From Vicugna vicugna (taxonomy: Eukaryota), in NCBI GenBank assembly GCA_013265495.1, contig MU061814.1:5521684-5585683 (forward strand): a DNA stretch of 64,000 nucleotides. The letters run 5' to 3'. The notes under the pieces were generated by a model that ran no database searches, was not told where the DNA came from, and worked only from the letters and a program-made list of their open reading frames with translations. The translations under genes and the position numbers were made by a program. Positions 33,081 to 45,600 of the stretch are shown piece after piece. Each line of letters opens with the position of its first letter. Position 1 is the stretch's first letter.

Positions 33081-36000
33081 CCCACAGCAAACTGTGAACT
33101 CTTGGTGAGAGTCAGAGAAGAGAGCGCTCTCCCACGGGAACCCAGTCATCTGGGGTCTCGGTGCCTTGAGCCCGGAAGGGGTGTAGGACCCCGGAGGTGC
33201 TGGTGGGCCCTGCTCAGAAGGGGAGGCTAGGGCATGTGTGTACACTGGGATCCCAGGCCTCCGGGACATGGAGTCTGGTCACACTTTTGCCTCCGCCTCA
33301 CAGAGCCACAGAGGGAGGAGCTGGGATTTGGGGGCACTGGGCCTGCTGTGGGGCGGCTGGGCCCAGCCTTCTCCCATCACTGCTGGTCCTGATCCTCAGT
33401 GTCACCAGGAGCTGGGTATAACCCCCTAACCCTTCCCAGGGCCAATGTTGGGAGTGGCTCCCCAGACTCCTGGCAGAAGTGTTCCCTGGTGGGGAGGGTG
33501 CTGTCAGCAGGGAGAGGCGGGGAGGGCAGCCCTGGCCCATGTTTTTATCTGGTGCAGCCAGGCTCAAATACGTCCCCACCCCTGGGCATCCCTGGCACAA
33601 TCCCAGGGCCAGCGCCTACCCTGAGCCCAAGCAGCTGCGTCCATGAAGCAGCGGCGGGGCGGGGGGAGGGCAGGGGTCTGGAGGGTCACCACCACCAGAC
33701 ACCAAACCTGCTGTTCCTTCACCCCCAGGAGGAGGGGCTCTGGCCACTTGTGTGTACGTTTGTGTATGGCGTGTGTGTATTTGTGTACGGCGTGTCTGTG
33801 CACGTGTCTGCATTGCCCACAACCAGGAGGTGCCTCAGGAGGGCGAGAGCGCTGTCTCCCTGCAGCTGGCCGACAGAGGGCGCCATCCGACAGGGCTTTG
33901 TCCCCCCAGCCCCCAGCAGCTGTCCCAGATCCTCCCTGGGATGCCACACGGGGAGCTACGGGGTTCGGCCACCAGGGCTCATGTCCGCCGGGTTCCTGAC
34001 CCTCAGCTCCACAGAAGGGGAGAGGTTGGAAGGACATTCCAGGCAGGGAGGGCGCGGGCGATGGTGGGGAGGGAGGGCACGAGGCTGGACACCGTGGAGG
34101 GTGGGAGTGGGACCTGGGGAGTGGCCGGGTCTGGGGGTCTTGTGTATTGGGGCAACTTTCAAGGGCAAGGACCCCCTCCCACCCATCCCTTCCCCAGTCT
34201 GGATCACACTGCAGGTCCCTCCCACTGGCCGCTGGGCCCACACACGTGGGGCTTCCTGTGTCGCCCTCCAAGGAGAAGCCCAGGGGCCTGCGGCCAGGAC
34301 GTCTTGGTTCGAGGCTGCAGTGTTCCTCCCTGCATTCCCTCCCAAGGGCACAGGGGCAGGGCTGTCCTGTGGCAGCCTCCTTGGATGCCCTCTCCCCATC
34401 TCTGGCTCACATGTGGGGTTGTCCCCTGCTGGTCACCGTAAGTGACACTTTTCTGTCATTTCTTTAAAACAGCCCACTTAATACTCACATTAGTATGCTA
34501 ATGGCCCCGCCACCTCTCTGGGCTGCCTGCCCCCCATTTCTGGCTTTGTCCTTTAGCTGTAGGCCGGCAATGGCCTGGGGGTCCCCGCTGGCCCCCTCGG
34601 GGACTGCCACTCATCTGTCCCCAGGGGCCTTGCAGGGGCCATGCTGGGTGGTTGAGGCACCTCCCGGGGCCATGGGCCACTTCCTGTCACATCTACAGTG
34701 GAGCCACCTTCCCTGCCACTGGCTCCCACAGAAGGAGGGGCGGGCTGCGCGTTGGAGTGCACTTCTGATGCGGATTTACTTTATTGTGTTTAATTGAACA
34801 GCGCTGAAGCTGTGGCATGAATATTCAGCGAGGAGGCTCGGAGTCTTGCCTGATGGGGACGCGCCCCAGCAGGGGGCCTGTCAAAGGGGGAGCGAGGTGG
34901 GGAAGCTATTAATTGAAATAGCTTCATTAATTAGTAATTAACAGCAAGAAAATGACTGTCACACGTCGTATTTCAGTGGATGCCCTTCACACGTTACGGG
35001 GCCTTTAATTAAAGGATGTGCATTTTAATTAAAGGCAAGCTCGGCCCTTTGACCTTTGGAATACAAAAGACTCTCCCAACTTCCAAAGAAGCCGGTGGGT
35101 TGGCTGGTGCAGGCGGCGGGGGGAGTGGCCACCAGGGCCCACCAGACCGGAGACTCCTCCCAGTGCAGACCCCTCGCCTTTATGCTCTCCGGGCAGGGGG
35201 CTCTGGCTGCTCCTCCCTGAGCCCAGAGGCGGTGGTCACACGGGGTCACAGGCCAGCACAGGGGGGGCCCGGGCGGGAGAGCCCCTAGGGTCGCTGGCCC
35301 TGAGCTGGCACCATGATGCCCACACAGCCCTGCTGGCCCCGCGTCCTGTGGGTAAGGCGCCCTGAGGCTGTGAGGACAGCCAGGCAAGCCTCGTGGGAGG
35401 AACAGGGTGGAGCTGCCTTCTGGCTGACCGTGGGAGATCCCCCCAGACAGAGCAGACTAGCTGTCCCCAAATGCCAGACCCACAGACACAGGCGGAGAGC
35501 ACACGGTGATGGGTGGGAAATGGCAGGTTTCAGGGCGGTTCGCTGAGCAGAATAGCCACCCGATCAGAGGCGGAGAGAAGACCCCGCTGGAGGCTCAAGG
35601 AGGGGTGCCCGTCCAGGTGGAGCGCAGGGGCAGGTGTGTTTGGGCGGGGTCTGGAGCAAGCTGAGGTGGGGGGGGCGTTGGCTTGAGAGAGCAGCCCCAG
35701 GGAAGAGCCCTGAGCAGCAGGGGCGTCGCCAGATGGTGGGGATGCCTGCGTGCTGGCTCTGGTGAGGGTCCCTGACGGCTCTGTGGCTCTCGAGATGTTC
35801 CGAGAGAATTTGACCCCCTCCTGCAGGCAGCGTCCCGCCTTGGCCAGGTGGGCAGTGGACTTAGCTTCTGCTTCAGGAAAGAGGCAAGGGAGAGTCAGTG
35901 CCAAGGACAGACCACCAGAGACACCACTAAACGCGCAGGTACACGCATGTGAAATACAGCCCGCCCTCCTGAGTCACCTGACCCACCAGCACGGCCTGCC

Positions 36001-36254
36001 GTCCTGCAAACCTGCGTGTGGCTGCCGCTTCCCCTCCTTCCTCTCTGGCCGGCAGGGAGAGAGAGCAGCCAGCACTCCGGCTGGGGGAGCTGGGGGGGCT
36101 GGGGGGCTGGGAGGCGAGGCCCTTCCCGGGAGGAGGAAGCCTGTGACAACTGCTCCCTGCGCCGTCACACCCAGCGGGACCCCTCCCCTCGTTTGGCCCT
36201 TCTCCTCCCATCTCGTGCTTCCACTCCTACCTGTGACAGAACCAGGCACCTCCC

Positions 36255-36503
36255 CTCGGAGCAGCTCTAGCAGGCCGGGTCTGATGCTGGCGTCCTCACA
36301 CGGTCATCCCTCCGCGTCTGTCTGTGTCCTAATCACCTCTTCTTATAAGGATACAGTCAGGTTGGATCAGGGCCCAACCTAAGGACCTCATTTTAACTTA
36401 GTCACCCCTGTAAAGGCCCTATTTCCAAATGCAGTCGCATCCTGAGGTCCTGGGGGTTAGGACTTCGACATACGAATTTGGGGAACATAGTTCAACTCTA
36501 ACA
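36255..36503 (-). mobile_element. MLT1 (ERVL-MaLR) LTR fragment
   Basis: cctcattttaacttagtcacc...ggttaggacttcgacatacgaatttggggaacatagttcaactctaaca is the reverse complement of the MLT1 5' end. Confidence 0.85.
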
Positions 36504-39500
36504 GTGTGGCTCCCCTGCTTCCACCTGCCCTGAGCCCAGGAGAGGCTGCCCTGGAGACCACAGTGGATGCTGGGGGCCACTCAGACCCCCAGAGGGAGGC
36601 CCTGCCCCCGCCTCAGCTGGGACAACCCCAAAGGCCATCAGGCCCCAGAGCTCCCCGAGGGGCGATGGAGGGCCCTGTGGGGACCACACTGCACCCCACG
36701 TCCTCCCTGCCCTGTCCTGCCCCCCAGGCTGGTGCCGAGACACCCCCACCTTGTGACCTCCTGTGGCAAATCTCCACCCTGCTGTCCTCTGCAGGGACAT
36801 GGCCTGGGACAAGCCCGCATCCATGGCTGGGGGCTCCCAGCAGCGCCCCCGAGCTCGGGAGGGACCCGTGTCTTCTGCGTCTGAGCCAAAAGGGAGATGT
36901 GCCGAAGGCGGGCTGGGAGACCGCCGCACGGAGGAAGCGCTCTCACCTCCCCAGCGAACGGTGGTCAGTAATGACAGCTCCCACAGGGAGGCCACAGGAC
37001 CAAACCCTGGGGACATCAGTAGCTGATGGGGCATGCACAGCAAACCACAGCGAGGTGCCGCTCCGTGCTCTGCGCCCAGGGACTCAGCCGGGTGGCCCCT
37101 GTCCAGGGCGGTGACCCTGTCACTCCCGTTTGCTTGGGTCCCTCACAGGTACCTCCCTGGCCCCCTACCTGTGGATACTCCCCAAGGGGCCGCTCCAGTC
37201 CGTTCCAGCCCCAGGGTCCAGCCCTAGGTGCCCCGCCCCAGTTCCAGGTGACTGAGGATGGGTCTGCCCTCCTCTTTTGGGGTCCCTCCTCCCGTCTGTA
37301 GACACCCCAACGGCCTCCTCTTTCCTCCCCGCCGACAGCGGTCCTGTCCTAGAGACTGGGGTTAGAGGCCTGTCCAACAGCGCAAGGTCCGAAAGTCGTT
37401 CCTGAAGCTATTTGGGCCCTTTGGGGCCGGGATGTCCTCTCCACCGTCAGAGCGTCGGGAACAGGAAGACTCGCCCCTCCACGCCGCCCACTGCCCCGTG
37501 TGTTCCCACACCTCTGCGCAGTTGGCTCCTCCACTCCCTCAGGGTCACTTGGCCTCCACAGCTGCGCCCCCAGGCAGCCCTGGGCCCCCTCGGCCACGGG
37601 ACTGTCGGGCTGGGTACAGGCAGCACCTCTTCCCCCCTCTGCTTGCGGGGTGGGGAGCTGCAGAGGCGGGAGACGCAGCGGCAGTGCTGCAGGGCCTCGG
37701 GCCCCCTGTGGACCCTCAGCACCATGGCTCCCTGGAGCTTCTCCCCAGGCTGATGAGACCTCAAGTGTGTCCGTGCCTCCTCCCCCTCCAGCACCTTCAC
37801 CCCGAGTGGATGGTCTGAATGCAGACAGATCCCAAGGCACCAGACCGCGAGGGCACCGGAGCTGCAGATCCCCCGCGCCCTCCCCGACTCCAGGACAGTC
37901 TCCACAAACTGGGGGCTTTTCCGAATTCCTCAGTCATCTTTCCTCGTGGCCACACACACTATTTCCTTTGCTGAAATGGTTTTCACCAGGGTTGATTCTT
38001 TCACGTGAAAAACACACAACAAGGCTTGGCTACGTGGTCTGCGTCAAAACTGGCCTGTTATGACGTCTGATCTCTTTGGGGCCTGTGTCCACCTCAGCCG
38101 CTTGTCCGGGGCAGGTCTGAAGGCCTAACTGTTGCCAGGCAGAACTTTTCCTTCCATCAACCCTAGGTCAACACCAAATGCAGCCTTGAACTGAGCCCAG
38201 CAGCACGACACAGGCCCTGGGCAAAGAACGGCCACATCAAGGGCAAGATGGACGTCCTGGGGCCAAAAGAGCTGGACCAAAGTCCCCAGAGCCAGCTGGT
38301 CACTGCGCCTGACCCAAGTCTGATGCCCCAGCCCCGTCCTCCTGCTCCATGCGGCTCTGGTCAGGGATGCAGCGCCTGCAAGCCAGGGCCTCATTAACCC
38401 CGAGTCCGGCGGTGCTGGGGTGCTGGTGGGCTTCCCGTTCCTGCCACTCTGATGCAAACCCCTCCTCATCTTCAGCGATCCGTCCATGTTGAGTCATGAC
38501 TGTGGGCAGCAAGATGCCTCAGGCCAGATGCCTGTTGTTCGGAAGCAGTGGGACTTGGGAAGGGGGCAGCCAGCTGTCTTAACCTGCCAGCACGGAGACC
38601 CTGTCAGAGCAACCCCGGCCCTGCTCCGGCTTCCAAATTAGCACCCCGAGGGCCTCGCCCCTGCTCAGACCCCATCCTGGGCCTGGGACCCTGGGCTGGA
38701 GTCGCCTCCAGAATTGGCCCTAATTGGCAGCTCTGGGCAAGATGAGAGGCAGGGGCCTGCAGCTGCGTCTTGGTGAATGGAGGTCCCTCCTCCATGGTCA
38801 GCGTGGGGTGAGGACTCTGCCAGGGGTGGTGGGGACATTCAGGGCAGCCCGGGACCCGGAGCCTCATCTGGGGCCCCGAGCGATGCTTTGCCTCTCGTGG
38901 CCCATTCCGTGGCTGTGGCCGTTCTGGGGACACGCCTGCCTGTTTACAAACCCGCGTCTTTGTCCTGGGCAGAAACAATCCTGTCTCGGGCTCACCAGCA
39001 AGATTCAAAAGGGTTTGAAGAATAAATGTTTTCCTAAGTTTTAGCTGACATTCAATTTTAATGACTTTTTAAACAAAGTAACTATTAAACTAGTGCATTT
39101 TATGGCCTCCTGACGTCTGGCAGGTGTTTGTGCCCACATGGGGAGCAGCTGCTGTCTGCGCCCCGCTAACAGCTCTTGAATCACAAGCCCTTGGCGTCCC
39201 CCTTTGTATGTGGCACTGCCAATGGCCAATTTGTTCTTCAGAAGTGGCCGCGTTGGCCTGTCAATCAGCTCTTGCCTTAGGCACTCTTTTGGTGATTAGA
39301 AGCCCCTTGGAGAGCGAGAACTCCAAATTAGTTTTAAATAAAAAATAAGAATATTCATGCTGCTGAACATCTAAAGGTAAGCGAGACAAGAGGACCCAAA
39401 CAGGCCAGCTCGGGCTGGGTGCTGCCGGCAGAGGGGCCCGCGGGCCCAGACCTGCGGGGGCCCCCCAGGGACGGGGTGCAGGTGCCCCGGGGTCAGCCTG

Positions 39501-41739
39501 AGATGCACGGCCACAGGAGAGCAAGACTGGCGGACCCTTTCATGCTGCCTCGGTGCCTTTGCCAGGACATGAAAGCTCACCCGGAGGAGGAGGAGGGAAG
39601 AGCCGATCTCCTTGAGAGGAGGACAGCATCCCCTTGGAAGAAGTGATGAGGACACGGTGTCTCCAGTGGGGGCTGCATGGGCACCCCGGCCCCCATGCAA
39701 TGCGACGGCGATGCCGATGCCCACACTCCCCTCCTCCTTCCTCCGCCTCCCAGGGCCCCAAAGTCTCTCCCGGGGTCAAGACGAGCAGGTTCAGCCCCTG
39801 CTGCCACCCTCACGCCTGCTGTCGTCCCTTCCTGGGCTCGGGGTGATCACTGTGTGAACCCCTTCCAGAGTCCTGGCTGGGCTCCTGGCCCCCAGCCCTG
39901 TCCAAGGTGCTGACTTGAGGCATCAACCCTGACTTCTAACCAGTTCAGCAAACAGGCCTGGATTGCTTGTGGGCCAAGGAAAGTCAGGGCGGCTTCCCCG
40001 AAGAGGTGGCATCCGGCTGGGATCTGGTGGATGAGACAGGCTCCGGAAACAGGCGTGCAAAGTTCTGGTGGGCTCAGAGTGGGCAGGCTAAGGCCTCGCT
40101 CTGCCGGCTTGGGAAACTGCTGTTTGCAGAGCGATTGTCGGGGTGACTTGGCTGCCTGGAAGCCTCCGGAATCTCCTCTCCTGTCCGGAAAGTCCTGGCA
40201 CAAGGGTTGAGGTTGGATCCAGGGATGCAGAGGTGCCCAGGCCAGCCTGCTGTGGGTTCTCTTGGGGGCTGTCTCGGTCCTCACCCACCAAGAGCCTGCA
40301 GACGGGGGTGCAGGTGAGAGACTGGGGAAGCAGGCAGGCTGAGAGAGGGCGGGGGTCCTGGGGGTGGGCAGATGCCATGACTGCACTCAGGGTGGGGGTA
40401 GCGGAGGGCCCTGGGTGTCATGGGAATGGAGGGGCCGAGAGCGGAGGCAGTGGGGCTGGGGAGAGCAGGGTGGCCCATCCAAGGCCAGCGGGGTCTGGGT
40501 GCAGGGGCACTGCCCACTGACCTCCAGCCCCTCTGAGGACAGGAAGTGTGACCCACAGCTGCCTTGCTCGTCTGCTCAGACTGGGCTCTACAGCACCCGC
40601 CTCCAGTCTCCCCCCACCCCCGTCTCCTCCCAGGTGTGTCCTTCTGGAGGCTAGGTGGCTGCTCCAGGCCTGAAAGGGCTGTTTCCCCTTGGCGTCCACA
40701 CTGTGTCCATCTCAGCGTCTCCTGTTGGCCTGGCCCTGGGCTGGGCATTCCGGGATGGGGTTGCCAGACTGTGTGCAGCCCCAGAGCTGGGTGCCCTTCT
40801 CCGCTGGAGGCTGGACACTGGGAGCCTGAGGACCCAAAGGTTGGGGCAGCCCCAAGGGGTGTGGTCGGAACACCCTCTTGATCTCTGACCTGAGGCTGGG
40901 TCCTGGCACCCGGCGTCCTCCCCGCTGGTCCAGGTGCAGTAGGATGAGCCTGGAGAAAGAATTATGTTTAGGTCAGAAAACAAGTGATGTCCTCCCTTGC
41001 CCACCCCACCCAGCCCCCTCAGCCCAAGGTCACAGCCCCCAGGACCACAACTAGGGCTGTAGCTCTCACCTTCCCAGGGCTCCTGGGTAACGTGTCCTTA
41101 ACAGGCAAACATAAATCCATTTTACGGCCCCTTCATCCTGGAGTTGGTGCTCAGGAATTTGGGGAGAGAACCCAGCGGGCAGGAGAAGCGGGTCTGGTCT
41201 GCACAGCAGAGGCGGCGCCTCGCTGGACACACCGGCTGGTTTTGGCTGCTCCTGTGAAAACTGGAGGTGGCTGGGGAGAGGGTGTGGGAACCCTCTGCTT
41301 CCCACAGCGAGCCCTCGGCTGCCGGAGCCAGGCTGCCGCGCCCCAGCCCTCTGGCCGCCTCCTGGGACTCCTTAGGAGTTTCCGTGCCCGGGGTCCAGCT
41401 GGAGCTGGCAGGCCCTGCCGCCCTCTGCTGGCACCCGGAGGACTCGCTGCAGCCCGGGCAGGAGCTCTGGACCCAGACCTGGGCTGAGGCCCTGCCTGGA
41501 AGCTGCATGACCTCCGCCAGTGACGCTAGGGTCACTCTCTGGGAAGTGTGAGGGACCATGGCTAAAACTGGGCCACTGTGAGAGGAGCGGTGTGGGGAGG
41601 GGCTCAGGGAATGGGGTGATCACAGGCAGGAGAGCTGCCCTAGAACCCGCCTTCTTTCTACAGCAATGCCCGACTGCTTCGGGCAGAAAGCAGACTCCCC
41701 AGCCCCACTCTGGTCCTCCCTCCGCCACCCCGACCACTG

Positions 41740-41910
41740 CTCAGCCAGGCACCAGGCACTGCTCCTGACTTCGCTCATCCCTGGGGCCATGCTGCTGCCT
41801 CAAGGCTTCTGCACATGCTGTTCCCCTGCCTGGATCCCCCTACCCCCATTCTCCCAAGCTCAGCCTAACGTCACCTCCTCCGAGAAGCTCTTCTCCATCT
41901 CAAGCTAACT
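41740..41910 (+). mobile_element. L2 3' fragment
   Basis: cctcaaggcttctgcacatgctgttcccctgcctgga...cgtcacctcctccgagaagc. Confidence 0.7.
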
Positions 41911-42084
41911 CACCTGGTTGTGGTCTGTGCGTTCTGCCAGGGCTGAGGCCAGCTGTGCTTGCTCATTGACGTCCTCTGCAGACAGCTGTGCCCAGCGCAC
42001 AGGGGACCCTTGATCACGAGCGACATTTGGTGATCAGTCAGGGTTAAGGCCATTACAATCAGCACCAGGATCAGCGCGTCTTCT

Positions 42085-42365
42085 ACAGATTTACCCCTTT
42101 AACCATTTTTAATGCTGTGCAATCAACACCTCCCTCTAGTTGCAGAACGTTTTCATCACCCCCAAAAGATACCTTGTACCCACGGGCAGTCACCCCTAGA
42201 CGCTCTCACCCCCAGCTCAGGCAACCGCAATCCACTTTCTCTCTCCCTGGATTTGCCTATTCTGGGCATTTCATACAAGTGGAATTGGACACTGTGTGGC
42301 CTTTGTGTCTGGCTTCCCTCGCTGGTCATAATGTCCTCAAGGTGCACCCACGTTGCAGCGTGTGG
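42085..42365 (-). mobile_element. L1M 3' fragment, antisense
   Basis: cagaacgttttcatcacccccaaaag...ctggatttgcctattctgggcatttcata. Confidence 0.85.
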
Positions 42366-43100
42366 CGGTGTGATAGCCCACGTCTAGAGCCCCTTTGGCT
42401 GGTGCGCACTTGGTGAGTTCCCGTTTTGGCCCCTTTTTCGTATTGACTGGCGCCTGCTATCATGGCCGCCCGGGCGACGGCCGAGCGGGGTCTGTGGTTC
42501 TCTGCTGGAGTGGCTGGAGTCCACAAATGCCTGGCAGCCCAGGTCCCTGGTGAAACCCCAGCCACACTATTAAATATTTTAGCAAATAAAAAAATGTTTA
42601 AACGAGAGGCCAGATGTCCAAGTTGACAAAGTGCTTAAGGCGTTTGACTGATAAAAAGCTGGAGCCCCTGGTAAGTGGGATTTAAAACAAGCCCTGAGGC
42701 AAGTGTGCGACACTGGAAACGTCCCGGGCCCTCTGCGCGGGGCTCAGGCGCGGGGGTCTGAAGGCGAGTGTCCATCTGTCGCACCGAGACACTCAACAAA
42801 GCTGGATGGGTCTCAGTGGTGGCCGCGCTGCGGCAGCTCAGGCGGGACGTTCGGCACAAAGGAAGAGCCATCAATATTCACGGTCCGGATGGTGGCAGCC
42901 TCTCCGTGGCAGGGGCTCTTGGCTTTGGCTGAGGAAGAGTAACTCTGCCTCCCGAGTCTGTGAGCCTGCGGAGAGGTAGGGACCCACGGAAGCCACGACC
43001 CTCTCCTGGGAGAGGGAGAGGTCAGCCCAGGCCCTATGTGAATGCTGACCTCTCCCCAGACTGATGGGAAGAGAGGGCGAAGGGCACGCCTGGGGGAAGG

Positions 43101-43293
43101 GGAGGCCCTGGGGGCGGGGAGACCCTGGGGGGGTCCTGGGAGGAGGCCCTGGGGGCGGGGAGACCCTGGGGGGGTCCTGGGAGGAGGCCCTGGGGGCGGG
43201 GAGACCCTGGGGGGGTCCTGGGAGGAGGCCCTGGGGGCGGGGAGACCCTGGGGGGGTCCTGGGAGGAGGCCCTGGGGGCGGGGAGGCCCTGGG
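43101..43293 (+). repeat. 41-bp G-rich minisatellite, 4 perfect copies plus a partial copy
   Basis: Unit ggaggccctgggggcggggagaccctgggggggtcctggga starts at 43101, 43142, 43183 and 43224, with a degenerate tail from 43265. Confidence 0.97.
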
Positions 43294-44809
43294 GGAGGGG
43301 AGGTAGCTGAGAGCACGTTGAATCAGCAGGAGGCCTGGTCCTGGTTGTTCTTCGTCAGTCTGGCGCTTGGTTTCCAGCACTGTGCTCCTAGAGTTGCATG
43401 TCCGTTTCCGGAAGGACTGGCCGAGTGAGTCTGGGACAGTCGGGACAGCTGGCTCCACTGATGGGGTAGGGGAGCAGACCCTGCTCTCCCAGGTGCAACT
43501 TGTCCATCCTGGTCTCGTTTGCACCACTGATGTGCTGGCTCTGACCTGGTGACAACTGTTGGTCCCCATCCCTCACCTGTTCACCTCCAGGTCACCTCCA
43601 GGTCAGGAGGGTCAGGGGCTGGGCCCAGGCCTCTCGGAGGGTGGGCTCTGGTTTGGGCCAGCGTGTCCTGGTTCAGCTTTCTCGCCCGGCGTCTGAGAGG
43701 TTTGGCCACCATGTGGCCTCCCCGCTGTGGCATGGAGTCAGACGGCACAGTCATCGCCTGGGGTCTGGCCACCAGGTGAGGGTCCCAGTGAATCCCTTTC
43801 AGGGAGAAAATGGGTCATGTCCTGGAGAACAGCGCTACTCTTCAGAAGGTTGTGCACGGGTTGGTTTCAGGGGACCCGGTTGTAAGAGGGCGACACCCAC
43901 CTGGGTGTCTGCCAGTCCTGTCTGCTCAGCCCAGGGGCCGCAGGGGTACATCTCTTACCCCCATTTCACAGAGCAGGATGCTGGGGCTCTGGGCGGCCAG
44001 CGGAGGGTCCAGGCCTTGGTGAAATGGGGGTTCAGCCCCGCCGGCTGTTTGCAGCCCTCCCGGAGCGTCGCGGGGGGAGAGAGCCTGCAGGCAGGCATGT
44101 TCTCGTCCTGGGACTCCTTCTGCGTCCCAGCAGAACATGGGTGTGAGGCCCTGGCACTCCTTCCAGAATGTTCTAGCACAGCCGCTGCTTTACTGAAACG
44201 GACAATGGAAACTTAATGAAAATATCACAGAGGAAATTTTATTAATGCGGTTTTTATATCGGACCCAGGGTGGCCCCTCCTGTGATACAAAGTCATTACT
44301 GCAGTTAAACTCATTCTGCTAGTTAGCACAGGCATTTATTCCTGCCAGTAAAAGACAGTATCGGGAGAGCGATGGAGCCGGTGTATCTGCACGTCTCCCT
44401 CCTGAGCGCTCGGGCAGGGCACTGGGGGGCGGGGGCGGGGGACTCAGGGAAGATGCCTGGGGACCCTGTTGGGGTCCAAGGCAAGATGTCCTGCCGAAGC
44501 TGAAAAGTGCAACCATGTCTGCCTCTTGCTTCTGAGAACGACCCAGGGACCAAATACGGGGCTGGGGGACAACAGATTGACCCAGAGGATGGTCAGCCAA
44601 GATCCCCAGGGAGAGGATAGCAGTTTATCCCTGAGAGGAACTGAGGAAGGAGGGTCCTCACGTGGGACCCCTTGTTGAGACACTCACATCCAACTACAGG
44701 ACCTGAGACTCAACGCTTAACTCAAAGAAGTGAGCTTCTAAAGGCTGAATTCAGGCCCTGTGATTGTTTGTGGGAACATTTTCTTTCAGTCCCAAGTGAA
44801 CTGTGCTAA

Positions 44810-45290
44810 TGTGGTGGTTTTAAAATACATCTCCACTTCTTTGACAATCCTCTCCTCAAGAGGGGGTTTCATCCCCTCTTCCTGAGTGTGGGCTGGACTT
44901 AATGACGTGCTTTTCATGACAAAGTGTGGCAGAAGGGACAGTGGTGATTGCTAAGACGAGGTTACCAGTCATCGTGGTCCCGGGGACCACGCCGCATGCT
45001 CAGGCAGCCCTGTGGGCAGTCCAAGGGGCGAGGAGCTGAGGGTTCCAACCAAGGGCCTTGTAAGCCAGCAACTTGGAAGGGGACCCTCCAGCCCTAGTCC
45101 AGCCTTCAGATGACCAGAGCCGCTGCTGACACCTGGACTGCCCCTCATCAGACACCCTGAGTGAGAACCACCTGGCCAGGCCATGCTTGAATTCCTGGTT
45201 CTCACAAACCGTGCGAGAACAAATGTGTGTTGTGGTTTTAGGCTGTGAAGTTTGGGCTAGTTTGTTATGCAGCAACAGATACCTAATGCA
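44810..45290 (+). mobile_element. MLT1F-like solo LTR
   Basis: Starts TGTGGTGGTTTTAAAATAC and ends GTTTGTTATGCAGCAACAGATACCTAATGCA, matching both MLT1F-type termini (TG...CA). Confidence 0.85.
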
Positions 45291-45441
45291 CCCAGTGAGG
45301 ACCCAGGCTGATCTCCAGGTGAGAAGAAAATGTTAAGGTCGTGGTGGGGAGAACCCCCTGGCCCCCAGCCCCCAGTCTCTGCCCCGGGGCTTCTCACCTT
45401 GCTCCATGTCCCCAGCCAGCTCTACTCACTGGATTTCTGGA

Positions 45442-45524
45442 TTTTTTTTTTAACAGAGGTACTGGGAACCCAGGACCTCGTGCATGCTAAGCACACACTC
45501 GACCACTGAACTGTACCCTTCCCC
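45442..45524 (-). mobile_element. tRNA-derived camelid-type SINE (Vic-1-like)
   Basis: Reverse complement reads ggggaagggtacagttcagtggtcgagtgtgtgcttagcatgcacgaggtcctgggttcccagtacctc plus a poly(A) tail. Confidence 0.85.
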
Positions 45525-45600
45525 TGTAATTCATAATCATTTTGGAACTAGGGCCCCATATTTCCATTTTGCACTGGGACTGCAAATTTGTAGTCCACCC
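45525..45600 (+). mobile_element. MER45A-like hAT DNA transposon, 3' half
   Basis: ttttggaactagggccccatatttccattttgcactgggactgcaaatttgtag resembles the MER45A 3' end. Confidence 0.6.

Noticed and set aside
33399-34445. 348-aa plus-strand ORF downstream of SLC17A9
   Set aside because: Runs through (GT)n-like low-complexity sequence; Gly/Pro/Ser-rich with no domain; stop scarcity explains the length.
43101-43293. Repeat array considered as CRISPR-like
   Set aside because: Head-to-tail identical units with no unique spacers, no cas genes, mammalian DNA.
43042-43428. Repetitive Gly/Pro-rich ORFs resembling collagen or proline-rich proteins
   Set aside because: Translations of the 41-bp minisatellite.
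45442-45524. Possible tRNA gene
   Set aside because: Truncated B-box/T-arm and a poly(A) tail indicate a tRNA-derived SINE.
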